Shown here in pieces: positions 1 through 8,185 of a DNA stretch of 20,083 nt (within the stretch, counting starts at the first letter, position 1; every line of letters begins with the position of its first letter). The stretch spans positions 1 to 20,083 of the forward strand of contig JAXMNT010000079.1 of NCBI GenBank assembly GCA_034670305.1, written 5' to 3'. Origin of the DNA: Deltaproteobacteria bacterium. GTDB lineage: Bacteria > Myxococcota_A > Polyangia > Polyangiales > Houyiibacteriaceae. The position numbers and the translations under genes were made by a program. The notes below the pieces were generated by a model. The model had not been told where the DNA came from. It worked only from the letters and a program-made list of their open reading frames with translations, and searched no databases.

Positions 1-40
1 CGCGATGCTCGTCGCGCTGATCAAGCGATCTGACCGCTGA
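1..40 (+). CDS. Possible 3' end of an upstream CDS (partial, ...AMLVALIKRSDR*)
   Basis: The frame starting at base 2 has GC3-rich codons and ends in TGA at 38-40, converging on the leftward operon. Too short to assign a function. Confidence 0.3.
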   Translation, partial: AMLVALIKRSDR

Positions 41-45
41 TCCGC

Positions 46-82
46 GGGCAAGGGCAAAGGCAAGGGCAGGGGCAAGGGGCAG
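46..82. repeat. Short (GGCAAG)-like hexamer tandem repeat
   Basis: Units ggcaag, ggcaaa and ggcagg are repeated about 6 times. Confidence 0.7.
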
Positions 83-124
83 GCTGCGAGAACGCCCTGC
101 GGGCGTTCTTCAGCAACCTGCTAG
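79..124. repeat. Imperfect palindrome ending in CTAG; MITE/REP-like element or bidirectional terminator
   Basis: gcaggctgcg-agaacgccc TGC gggcgttct-tcagcaacctgc-tag: a perfect 9-bp inner stem with imperfect outer arms, lying between convergent genes. Confidence 0.55.
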
Positions 125-158
125 CGGTCGGCGGCTTCGGCTGCGAGTGGGCGGCGAC

Positions 159-309
159 TTCGGCGTCGGCTTCGGCTTCGGCTTCGGCTTCGGCGTCGGC
201 GTCCTCTTCGGATTCGGCTTCGGCTTCGGCTTCGGATTCGGCTTCGGCGTCGGCGTCGGATTCGGCCTCGGATTCGGCGTCGGCGTCGGCGTCGGCCTCG
301 GAGTCGGCC
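159..309. repeat. Intergenic hexamer simple-sequence repeat (TTCGGC/GTCGGC)n
   Basis: About 25 degenerate ttcggc/gtcggc/ttcgga/ctcggc units just downstream of the M81 gene stop. They produce the spurious GFGFGVG and RSRSR ORF segments. Confidence 0.85.
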
Positions 310-320
310 GCCGCGTCGGG

Positions 321-1817
321 TCAGCTGCGCCGGCGTCGGTCCGCGGTCCGCCAACCGGCAGGAGGCGGCTCGGCGAACGGGAACATCGGATCGGTGAACG
401 GCACTTGGGCGCACGCTTCGAGATCCGTCGCGCCTCGGGTTCGCACCGGGATCGCCGAACGCACGTACGGCGCGAAGCCGACCATGAAGTGGAAGAAGCT
501 CTTCACCACCACGATGTCGGCGTCGCGCATGCGCAGCCCGAGCGCGGTATAGAAGCTCGGCCGCAACGTGTAGGGAATGCCGTCGGTGACGACGAGCTGC
601 ACCGACCCGAGATCCAGCCGCACCGCGCGACCGAACGCCCCGAGGTCCGCCCTCGCCCGCAAGTGTCCCTGGATCCGGAGCGGCACGTTGGTCTGCGGAT
701 CCAACCGTCCTCCCACCGTCCGGTCGACGGTGGATCCGAGCGGCGCGTCCCAGAGCGCCTCGACGACGGAGTCGTCTCGAATCGGGACGAACGAGACCAT
801 GTCCTCCACCCGCATCAGCGCTTCGAGCAGCGCCGTGTTCTCACCCGGTGCGCCGGCACCCACCACGTCGGACACATCGGAGAAGAACACACATCCGGTC
901 TTGCGCGCCCACCACCTCCGGCGTGCGACGTCGATCGCCTCGGCCGGTTCCAAGAAGCGTGGCGCGGGTTCGGCGCGGATCGCCCACGCCCGATCGGCGA
1001 CCTCGTCCGCCAACTGCTCGGCGAGCGCTTGGTCGCCGTCTGTGGTGACATGTACCGACCAGCCGAGGTCCTTCGAATCGCTGAAGGGATGCACCGTGAA
1101 GAGGTTCGCGCGCAACACGCGACCATCTCGTTCAAGCCCCTTGAGGTACTGCTTGATCTGTCGCATCGGTGCGAGGAAATCGACGTTCGCGCCCCCGCCA
1201 ATCGCGATCGGCAAGCTGCGCCAGGCGCTCGTCGGGCGAATCTCGCCTCGAATGATCTTCGGCAACAGACGACCCACTTGAAACCCGACGTGCGGAAGAT
1301 CCCGGTGCGGGTTGGTGCGGTACCCGACGACGAGATCGGCCGGGTCGGCTTTCGCTGGGGTCAGCTGCGCGTGCATGTCGTAGGTGATCGCGAGCGGCAC
1401 GTTCGGCGCGATCGCCCGGACGCGGCGCAGCAGCTCCTCTTCCGGCTCCGGGTACCGTCCCTCCGCCCGAATGGAGCCATGCAGCGCCAGGTAGATCCCA
1501 TCGAGCGGCATCGCCCGTTCGAGTCGGCCGGTGAGTTCTTCGAGAAACGTCTCCGCGCACTCGGCCGACATCGGCCCAGACGGGAGCGCCCACGCGCTGA
1601 GCAGCGGCACCCGCTCGACCCCGCGAGGCGTTGCGGCGCGAAACCCGCTCAGCTCCGCGATGGGCGACAGGCCGGGAACCTCGTTGCCGAGCGGGTGGGC
1701 GATCTCTTCGACCGCGGCGCCCTCGTGCAAATGAAACCGCTCGAAGTCCGCCCACGTCGTCTTCACCGGCGAGAAGGAGTTGGTCTCGGTCATCAGACGG
1801 GCGTAGGCGATTCTCAT
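321..1817 (-). CDS. M81 family metallopeptidase (MlrC-like)
   Basis: 498 aa with N-terminal [27 protein letters not shown], a DVSDVVGAG motif and C-terminal DIVVVKS, all typical of MlrC/M81. Confidence 0.9.
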   Translation of the reverse strand: MRIAYARLMTETNSFSPVKTTWADFERFHLHEGAAVEEIAHPLGNEVPGLSPIAELSGFRAATPRGVERVPLLSAWALPSGPMSAECAETFLEELTGRLERAMPLDGIYLALHGSIRAEGRYPEPEEELLRRVRAIAPNVPLAITYDMHAQLTPAKADPADLVVGYRTNPHRDLPHVGFQVGRLLPKIIRGEIRPTSAWRSLPIAIGGGANVDFLAPMRQIKQYLKGLERDGRVLRANLFTVHPFSDSKDLGWSVHVTTDGDQALAEQLADEVADRAWAIRAEPAPRFLEPAEAIDVARRRWWARKTGCVFFSDVSDVVGAGAPGENTALLEALMRVEDMVSFVPIRDDSVVEALWDAPLGSTVDRTVGGRLDPQTNVPLRIQGHLRARADLGAFGRAVRLDLGSVQLVVTDGIPYTLRPSFYTALGLRMRDADIVVVKSFFHFMVGFAPYVRSAIPVRTRGATDLEACAQVPFTDPMFPFAEPPPAGWRTADRRRRS

Positions 1818-1850
1818 GGCCCGCTCATTCTGACACCGAGTGCCAGTTCG

Positions 1851-3011
1851 TCAAGTCGGCTGGGCGCCAAGCAGCGGGTACAGGTCGCGCCGCACCACCC
1901 GCGGACTGCGTATGAGTGCTTCCAGCACGAAGGGCCGAGTGCCGGGGTCGGCGATGAGCGAGATGTGCGAGCGCGCCGGAGTCGGGATCCACCACAAGGA
2001 GTCCGGCAAGAGCCCCGGCAACGAAGCCAAGGTGTGTTCGTCGAGGCTGCCATCTCCCGCGGCGTGGGTGCGCTCGTCGTCGGAGTCGCAACACGTCGGC
2101 AACACGACCGGCGTCTGCACCACCACCCGCCGGGCGGTCTGGCGATCGCGCGCGGCGATCACCACGTCCTCGGCACTGGCCGCCACGTTTTCGATGCGTC
2201 GATGCAGCCCCTCGGCCTCGGCAAGGCGCTCGGCGAGTCTCGGTTCGTCGGCGAGTGCAAGGCCGAGCGCCCGCCAGGTCGCCGTGTCGTAGATCGAACA
2301 CGTCGCGGCTTGGCCGGACGGCGTCACGAAGAGGGAATCGTCCGGGTGGGGCAGCAGATGAAACGCGCCCCCCAAAGACGCCACTTCGCGCGGCGTGTGG
2401 TGCCGGCTCCGAGGCAGGAACGAGAACCCAGCTTGAAGGTGCGAGAAGCAGAGGTACGCGCCGCGCTGGGGGGCGGCCAGGTAGACCGCGCGCCGAACCG
2501 AGCGCCGCGTGCCCAGCCACTCGAGTTCACGTGCGAGGTGGAGCCGCAGCAAGACGCCGCCGCCGCTGATGGCGAGCACGTCCACCGCGTCGTCCGATGC
2601 GCCCTGCACACGGCGGATGGTCTGCTCGAGCGCGTCCGCCCCTGCGAATGCACCGGCCCGCCAATCGTAGGCCACCCCAAACAGCGTCTCCCCGCGGCGG
2701 TAGCCACCGATCTGCTCGAGGTAGCGGAGCAAGCCCCCGAACACATCGTGTTGCCAAACACCCGGCACGACGTCGAACCCCTCCAGCAGACCATCCGGTT
2801 GCAGCGGCGTGGCTTCGAAGAAGTCGCTGCCCGCGAAGAGCCGGCGGCTGTCCCCCCACACGCGCCGCCCCGCGGGATCGCGGAGCACACTGCCGAACGG
2901 GCCAGGCACGACCACCAGGGGCGGCCGCTTCGTCGTCGCGGCGCGTTCCCGAAGGAGCCGGCTGCGCAGCGAAAGACGGGACGCGCGCTCCCGCAACCGG
3001 TTCAGGAACAC
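1851..3011 (-). CDS. Alpha/beta hydrolase of the LCAT/PGAP1/lipase-like acyltransferase type
   Basis: Oxyanion region PLVVVPGPFGS, YDWR motif, nucleophile elbow DVLAISGGG, LAAPQRG, GDGSL and a C-terminal His (RSHISL). The start is uncertain (GTG 3011 or 3023). Confidence 0.8.
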   Translation of the reverse strand: MFLNRLRERASRLSLRSRLLRERAATTKRPPLVVVPGPFGSVLRDPAGRRVWGDSRRLFAGSDFFEATPLQPDGLLEGFDVVPGVWQHDVFGGLLRYLEQIGGYRRGETLFGVAYDWRAGAFAGADALEQTIRRVQGASDDAVDVLAISGGGVLLRLHLARELEWLGTRRSVRRAVYLAAPQRGAYLCFSHLQAGFSFLPRSRHHTPREVASLGGAFHLLPHPDDSLFVTPSGQAATCSIYDTATWRALGLALADEPRLAERLAEAEGLHRRIENVAASAEDVVIAARDRQTARRVVVQTPVVLPTCCDSDDERTHAAGDGSLDEHTLASLPGLLPDSLWWIPTPARSHISLIADPGTRPFVLEALIRSPRVVRRDLYPLLGAQPT

Positions 3012-3042
3012 CGCGTCACCCACGCATCGATCGACCGCGGCG

Positions 3043-4635
3043 TCACAGCTTCGTCTTGGCCCACACGTCGAAGATCGGACGCGGCACGAGCGCCGCAAAC
3101 CGGCTGCTCAACGAACCATGGAGAGGAAACCGAACCACCGGTGCGCCCCGCTCGACGCCGGCGACGAACGCGCGCACCGCTCGGTCCACCGGTTGAATGA
3201 ACGGCATCTCGTCGCAGCACTTCGACTCCGTCAGGCCACTCTCCACGCAGCCCGGTTCGATGAGGGTCAGCCCGATACCGAGTCGTGCGGCATCCGCGCG
3301 CAGCGCATCCGCCAACGCGCGGAGCGCCGCTTTGCTGGCCGCGTAGGGCCCATGCTTCGGATACCCGCGGTCCGCGGCCTGCGCCCCAGTGATCGCGATC
3401 CGAGGCGTGCCCGACTTCGGCATCGCACGCATCCACGCGAGCACCGGGTCGAGGTAGTTCGTCACGCCGAGGTAGTTGGTCGTCATCACGTTGGCCGCGG
3501 ACTCCGCGCGAAAGCCCGCCGCCGTCCAGCGATGGTCCCGCTCCAAAGCGAGCGCATCTTCGCCGCGCACACCGTACCCGCCGGCGTTCAGGTACGCCCG
3601 GTCGAGCCGCGGCCAGCTCGACCGCAACGTCGAGACCACCTCGCGTGCGGCGTCCGCGTCGCGGACATCCGCGGGAAGCACGCGTACCTCACGCGCCCCG
3701 TGCGCGAGACAACGCCGCGCGGTCTCTTCGAGTTCCTCCGATCGGCGCGCCACCAGCGCCAGCTTGGCCCCGGTGAGTGCGTACTGCCGGGCGACCTCTG
3801 CCCCGATGCCACTGCTCGCACCCGTGACCAACACATGCAGCGCCGTGTCGTCCGCGCTGCGCTGGGTGAAGTTGCGTTGCAGGAGCGCGGAGGGACCGAA
3901 GTAGAGCACTGCGTCCTTCACGTTCTCCGACAGGCGTCGCTGGTGACTCATCGTCGGTTTCGTCGCGTAGCTGAGTGAGAGCACCAGTCGCCGCTCCCCT
4001 TTTCCGAGCGGCGACACCGCGTGCCAGACCTTGGAGCCGCAGAAGATCACCGCGCCGCCGGGCGTGGTCTGCAACGAGAGCGCTTGGTTCGCGCGCGACG
4101 GATCGTCCTTGTGGAGTTTCGCCAGAAAACGTTGAGACGAGTCGTCCACGATCGACACGATCATCGTGTAGGAAGTGCCTTCTTCGCAGCCACACGTGTC
4201 GTAGTGGTACTGCATCCCATCGCCGCGTTTCGTGTACACGTACGCGGCGCACGCGTGGTCGTCTTCGGGGTGTTTCAGGTACATCGGCGCACCGACCAGA
4301 TCGCTCATCCAGTCGAGAAACACTTGGCTCTCGTAGAGCGCGACCACGGTGGGCGCCTTCTTCTGCAACGCGCGCCAGCCGATGTGTCCCGCCTTCCGCA
4401 CGAACGGAAGTTTGCTGCGATGCACCTTCAGCGTAGGCAGCGTGAGCTCGCTGCGAAGTCTGGCGAGCATCGCGGGTTCGACGAAGTCCGGCACGAACTC
4501 GAACTCGTTCTCCGCCGCGTATCGGCGGCGGATGCCTTCTTCGTCGAGTGCGCCAAAACTCCGACGGAGCGACGCGTCCACCCACGCTCGCGTAGACGGT
4601 TCGGACGAGGACTCGGTTTCGATCACGGCGGCCAT
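3043..4635 (-). CDS. Fusion of an N-terminal 2OG-Fe(II) oxygenase and a C-terminal short-chain dehydrogenase/reductase
   Basis: The N-terminal half has the HYD...WHAV...RRLVLSLSY facial-triad and 2OG-binding pattern. The C-terminal half has VTGASSGIG, LNAG and YAASK. One uninterrupted ORF; ATG at 4635 lies 4 bp after the upstream stop. Confidence 0.85.
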   Translation of the reverse strand: MAAVIETESSSEPSTRAWVDASLRRSFGALDEEGIRRRYAAENEFEFVPDFVEPAMLARLRSELTLPTLKVHRSKLPFVRKAGHIGWRALQKKAPTVVALYESQVFLDWMSDLVGAPMYLKHPEDDHACAAYVYTKRGDGMQYHYDTCGCEEGTSYTMIVSIVDDSSQRFLAKLHKDDPSRANQALSLQTTPGGAVIFCGSKVWHAVSPLGKGERRLVLSLSYATKPTMSHQRRLSENVKDAVLYFGPSALLQRNFTQRSADDTALHVLVTGASSGIGAEVARQYALTGAKLALVARRSEELEETARRCLAHGAREVRVLPADVRDADAAREVVSTLRSSWPRLDRAYLNAGGYGVRGEDALALERDHRWTAAGFRAESAANVMTTNYLGVTNYLDPVLAWMRAMPKSGTPRIAITGAQAADRGYPKHGPYAASKAALRALADALRADAARLGIGLTLIEPGCVESGLTESKCCDEMPFIQPVDRAVRAFVAGVERGAPVVRFPLHGSLSSRFAALVPRPIFDVWAKTKL

Positions 4636-4639
4636 GCGG

Positions 4640-5698
4640 TCACGCTTTCGCAAAGTCGCGGGTGAGCTCCGCGAACGAACGGGGTCGGGGCGGGAAGCCG
4701 GTCATGGCGTCGACGAACCCTCGACAGGAGGTCAGGCAATCGCCGCAATGGCTGAGTTCGTGGCTGTGGAGTCGCTCTTCGACGAGCGACCAGGGTTCTC
4801 GCACCAGGTTGCCCGAACGAAGATGAAGCTTCTCGATGCAAGGAGACACGTCGCCGAGGTGATCGATGTTGAAGAACCGCTCCCCCGCCCAACAACGACG
4901 GGGCGTCTCTCCGCGCAAGAACGGATCGATGCCTTCGAGGTAGTGCGAGAAGCTGATGAAGTGCGGGTGGCGCGCCTTGAGTTCGAGCAGCCGCGCACCG
5001 GTGCCGATTGGTGGCAACGACTTGCCGCCCTCCGCCCGCCCCAGACCTTCGCGCGAGAGCAACGTGACCTGGTGTCCGACCCCGAGCGCTTTCGAGACCT
5101 CGAGCAAGCGCGGCAAGTCGCGGTGGTTGTCGTGCATCACGACGGACATCAAGAACACCTGCCGAGCGCCCGAGGGTGCGGTCGCCCGCAAGATCTCGGC
5201 GGCCCGCAGCGCGGCTTCGAAGGTCCCCGGTTTGCCGCGGTGCGCGTCGTGTACCGCGGGGTCGGCGTAGTCGACCGAGATCCCAATAGAGTCGAGGCCC
5301 GCGTCCCAGAGCCGGCGCGCTCGGTCGTCGGTGACCCGCCAACCGTTGGTGAACAGGATGGGGTGGTGGTGCTGCGCGAACGACTCGACGATGTCGAAGA
5401 TGTCGTTGCGGAGAAGCGGTTCGCCTCCCTCCAGACTCACGATCAAGGAACCGGCCGCGGCCAGCTTGTTCGCGATGGTCGCGAAGTCCGCGGTGGTCAG
5501 CCCGTGATCTCGGTGGGCCGGGTTCTCCCAGAACGAGCAGAACCCGCAGCTGAGGTTGCAGCGGTTGCTCACCTGGACGATGCAGTGAACCGGCCGACCC
5601 GAGACGAGCCCCAGCGTGAAGCGCCCGGCTTTGCTCGAAGTCCGCGCCGCGTTTCGAAGAGACCTCGCGGCGGTCCGAAGCGTCTCCGCCGGCTTCAC
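4640..5698 (-). CDS. Radical SAM protein with a C-terminal SPASM/twitch-like domain
   Basis: CNLSCGFC (CxxxCxxC), GGEP and FTNG, then C-terminal CWAG...GDVSPC...CGDCLTSC. The GTG start at 5698 overlaps the aminotransferase stop (GTGA). Confidence 0.88.
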   Translation of the reverse strand: MKPAETLRTAARSLRNAARTSSKAGRFTLGLVSGRPVHCIVQVSNRCNLSCGFCSFWENPAHRDHGLTTADFATIANKLAAAGSLIVSLEGGEPLLRNDIFDIVESFAQHHHPILFTNGWRVTDDRARRLWDAGLDSIGISVDYADPAVHDAHRGKPGTFEAALRAAEILRATAPSGARQVFLMSVVMHDNHRDLPRLLEVSKALGVGHQVTLLSREGLGRAEGGKSLPPIGTGARLLELKARHPHFISFSHYLEGIDPFLRGETPRRCWAGERFFNIDHLGDVSPCIEKLHLRSGNLVREPWSLVEERLHSHELSHCGDCLTSCRGFVDAMTGFPPRPRSFAELTRDFAKA

Positions 5699-7047
5699 GA
5701 CTTCGGTCCCAGCGCCGAGCGCGCGAGGTCCCACGCGGCGCGACCCAGGGTGCGCGGGACCGACCGGATGCGGGTCGCGAGCACGCGTTCCATCGCCGCG
5801 AGGAACCCATCGATCTGTTCGAGCGCAATGGTGAGCGGTGGTTCGACCCGCACCACCGAGGGATCCAGCGTGCAGACCTGCGTGACGTACCCGGCTTCGA
5901 GCAGGCCGATCACCAGTTGTTGTGCGACCAGCGCCTTGGCCAACTCCGGCAGCGGCACCCGCACTTCGATGCCCCACAGGAGCCCCCGGCCCCGCACCGC
6001 GTGTATGGACGCGTGTTTCGCGGCCAACGACCGAAGCCCCGCCTCCAGGTGAGCCCCCTTGCGACGTACCATCGCCGGCGCATCGAGCGCGTCGAGCGTC
6101 CACAGCGTCGAAAGCGCCGCCGCACATGCCAGCGGCCCGCCCCGGTAGGTGGCGCAGTGCAGCTCATGATCGGCGAGCGACCCGTAGGCGGCCGCCCAGA
6201 GTTTCTTCGAAGTCACGTACGCCCCGATGGGCATCGCGCCACCGGACAACGCCTTCGCCAGCACGAGCACGTCCGGCACCACGCCTTCGTCTTCGAGCGC
6301 GAACATCGGACCGGTTCGCGCGAGCCCGGTCTGCACTTCGTCCAGGATGAGCACCGTGCCGTAGCGCGCGCACAACCGCTTCGCCTGCGCGAGGTAGTTC
6401 GGCGGCGGAAGCCGCACGCCGCCTTCGGCTTGAATCGGTTCGAGCACCACGGCGGCCACATCGCGTCGCCGGAGCCGGACCTCGAGCGCGCCGAGATCAC
6501 CGAACGGGATCTCGCTGGCCTCGAGCAACGTGCCGAACTTCTTCTTGCGACCATCGCTCGTCACCGAGAGCGCACCGAATGTGCTCCCGTGGTAGCCGCG
6601 CTCCGCATAGACGAACGCGTCGCGGTGGGTGACGGCGCGCGCCAGCTTCAAGGCGCCATCGACCGCTTCGCTCCCCGAGGATCCAAAAAAACTCACCTCG
6701 AGCGGGTCCGGCAAGCGGTCCGCGAGTTCGCGGGCGAGCGCCGCGGGCAGTGCCTCGGGCGCCATCAATACGAAACTCGGCGTCTTCGCTTGGCGCACGG
6801 TGTCCATGGCTTGCCAGACCTCAGGGGCGTGGTGGCCGAGCGGCACGCTCCCGTAGCCCGCGAGCATGTCGGTGTACGCGTTCCCATCCGCGTCGTAGAG
6901 GGTGCAGCCTTCGCCCCGCACGAACTGACGTTTGAATCCCATCAGACCGAGCGCCTCGACCATCTTCGGGTTGAGGTGCGCCGCCGTCTCCTGCTCCACG
7001 TCGGTCTGGGCGGCGCCGAGGATCGCGTCGATGCGTTCGGAGATCAT
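5695..7047 (-). CDS. Class III PLP-dependent aminotransferase (ornithine/putrescine/HpnO-like subgroup)
   Basis: 450 aa with SGSEAVD, GYHG, EPIQAEGG, DEVQTGLARTG and LAKALSGG (PLP Lys). Confidence 0.92.
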   Translation of the reverse strand: MISERIDAILGAAQTDVEQETAAHLNPKMVEALGLMGFKRQFVRGEGCTLYDADGNAYTDMLAGYGSVPLGHHAPEVWQAMDTVRQAKTPSFVLMAPEALPAALARELADRLPDPLEVSFFGSSGSEAVDGALKLARAVTHRDAFVYAERGYHGSTFGALSVTSDGRKKKFGTLLEASEIPFGDLGALEVRLRRRDVAAVVLEPIQAEGGVRLPPPNYLAQAKRLCARYGTVLILDEVQTGLARTGPMFALEDEGVVPDVLVLAKALSGGAMPIGAYVTSKKLWAAAYGSLADHELHCATYRGGPLACAAALSTLWTLDALDAPAMVRRKGAHLEAGLRSLAAKHASIHAVRGRGLLWGIEVRVPLPELAKALVAQQLVIGLLEAGYVTQVCTLDPSVVRVEPPLTIALEQIDGFLAAMERVLATRIRSVPRTLGRAAWDLARSALGPKS

Positions 7048-7490
7048 GGCGCACGCTCCGCGGAGGTCGGCTTCGACGCGAGCTGCGCCGCGACCACCCG
7101 CGCGAAGGTGAGCACGGAGAACAGCCGAGGGATCTCGCGCGGCCGAAGGCCCGCTTCGATCCGCTGTGTGGCTTCCGGCAAGAGCGACCGCAGCCGCTCG
7201 AGCCCAGCGTCCGACACGACCCCATCGGGCGCGAACTCCTCGTCCCGCATGCCGCCCCGAGCAGCCTGCTCCAGCGCACCGCGGGTGATCTCGACGTCGA
7301 ACCGATCTTCCAGCTCGAACACGATGTCGAGGAAGTCGAGCGACTCGGCGCCGAGTTCGTCCACCAGGTTGTGCTGCAACTCGACCGCGTCGAGTGACTG
7401 GCCGAGCGCTTTCGCGATCACCTCCCGCACGCCGAGTGCGAGATCGGCATCCACCTGCCCCGCCGCCACTGCGACCAACGCATCGTTCAT
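7044..7490 (-). CDS. Acyl carrier protein, oversized (148 aa) with an internal/C-terminal insertion
   Basis: Phosphopantetheine site DELGAESLDFLDIVFELEDRFDVEI. The ATG at 7490 overlaps the nitroreductase stop (ATGA). Confidence 0.9.
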   Translation of the reverse strand: MNDALVAVAAGQVDADLALGVREVIAKALGQSLDAVELQHNLVDELGAESLDFLDIVFELEDRFDVEITRGALEQAARGGMRDEEFAPDGVVSDAGLERLRSLLPEATQRIEAGLRPREIPRLFSVLTFARVVAAQLASKPTSAERAP

Positions 7491-8185
7491 GGCTTCTCCC
7501 ACCCGATCCATCGGGTCACCTTCTCCGCCGACCGACGCGGCGGAGCGATGGGCGCCTCGTCCGGCCATCCGATCGCGATCGCGCCAAGCATCTCGAACGG
7601 CGGTCGAATCTCAAGCAGCTGTTCGATTGCGGGTCGCGCGATCATCGGCCCCGCCATCCAGGTCGCCCCCAGACCTTCGGCCCGTGCTTGCAGCAAGAGC
7701 GCCATCACACTGGCGGCGACCCCGCATCGATCCGGAAGCATGTCGCCTGGCAGACTGTAGGTGGACGGGTCTGCTCCTGCCGAGGACAGGAAGCGGGCCA
7801 CCAAGTCCGCGTGGGTCCGCACCTGCGGCACGACGACCACCTCGGCCGAGTCGAGCGGCTCGTGAAAGAAGTCTCCGTAGGCGCCCCATTCGGCCGCGTG
7901 CCGTCCCGTCGCGATCGTTTGGTCGAGCCGCTCAGTGGCTTCCCGGACGCGATGCACCAACGCGTCTTTCGTGGCGCCGCGCACGACGTCAAAACGCCAA
8001 GGCTGGCGGTTCGTACTCGAAGGCGCGCTGATCGCCGCATCCAGAAGCCGTTCGACGAGGGTCCGCGGCACGGCGCGGCGCTGAAACCGGCGAACGCTCC
8101 GACGTCGACGCAACCACTCGAGGTGACTGGGCCCGTCGAACGGAGGCTGGCTCTCCAGCTCGAGGGTGGGCGGCGAGGGCTTCAC
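7487..8185 (-). CDS. Nitroreductase-family flavoprotein
   Basis: RRRSVRRF, APSSTNRQPWRF, LLLQARAEGLGATWM and IAIGWP motifs. Confidence 0.92.
   Translation of the reverse strand: MKPSPPTLELESQPPFDGPSHLEWLRRRRSVRRFQRRAVPRTLVERLLDAAISAPSSTNRQPWRFDVVRGATKDALVHRVREATERLDQTIATGRHAAEWGAYGDFFHEPLDSAEVVVVPQVRTHADLVARFLSSAGADPSTYSLPGDMLPDRCGVAASVMALLLQARAEGLGATWMAGPMIARPAIEQLLEIRPPFEMLGAIAIGWPDEAPIAPPRRSAEKVTRWIGWEKP

Noticed and set aside
121-414. Arg/Ser-rich protamine-like 97-aa ORF
   Set aside because: Translation of the hexamer simple repeat, overlapping the end of the M81 gene in another frame.
147-3200. 1017-aa + strand ORF
   Set aside because: Antisense shadow of the M81 peptidase and hydrolase genes. 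It starts in the hexamer repeat, is Arg/His-rich and has no recognisable motifs.
3950-4635. Possible BesD/HalD-type radical halogenase
   Set aside because: The metal motif is HYD (His-X-Asp). Halogenases have Gly or Ala in place of Asp, so hydroxylase or desaturase activity is more likely.
4640-5698. RiPP maturation system (radical SAM/SPASM plus peptidase plus nitroreductase)
   Set aside because: No precursor peptide ORF or RRE domain is visible, and intergenic gaps are too small to hold one.
4640-7047. Hopanoid side-chain genes (hpnH/hpnO)
   Set aside because: The aminotransferase is of a similar subgroup, but there is no squalene-hopene cyclase or other hpn gene and the context is ACP/KS-based.
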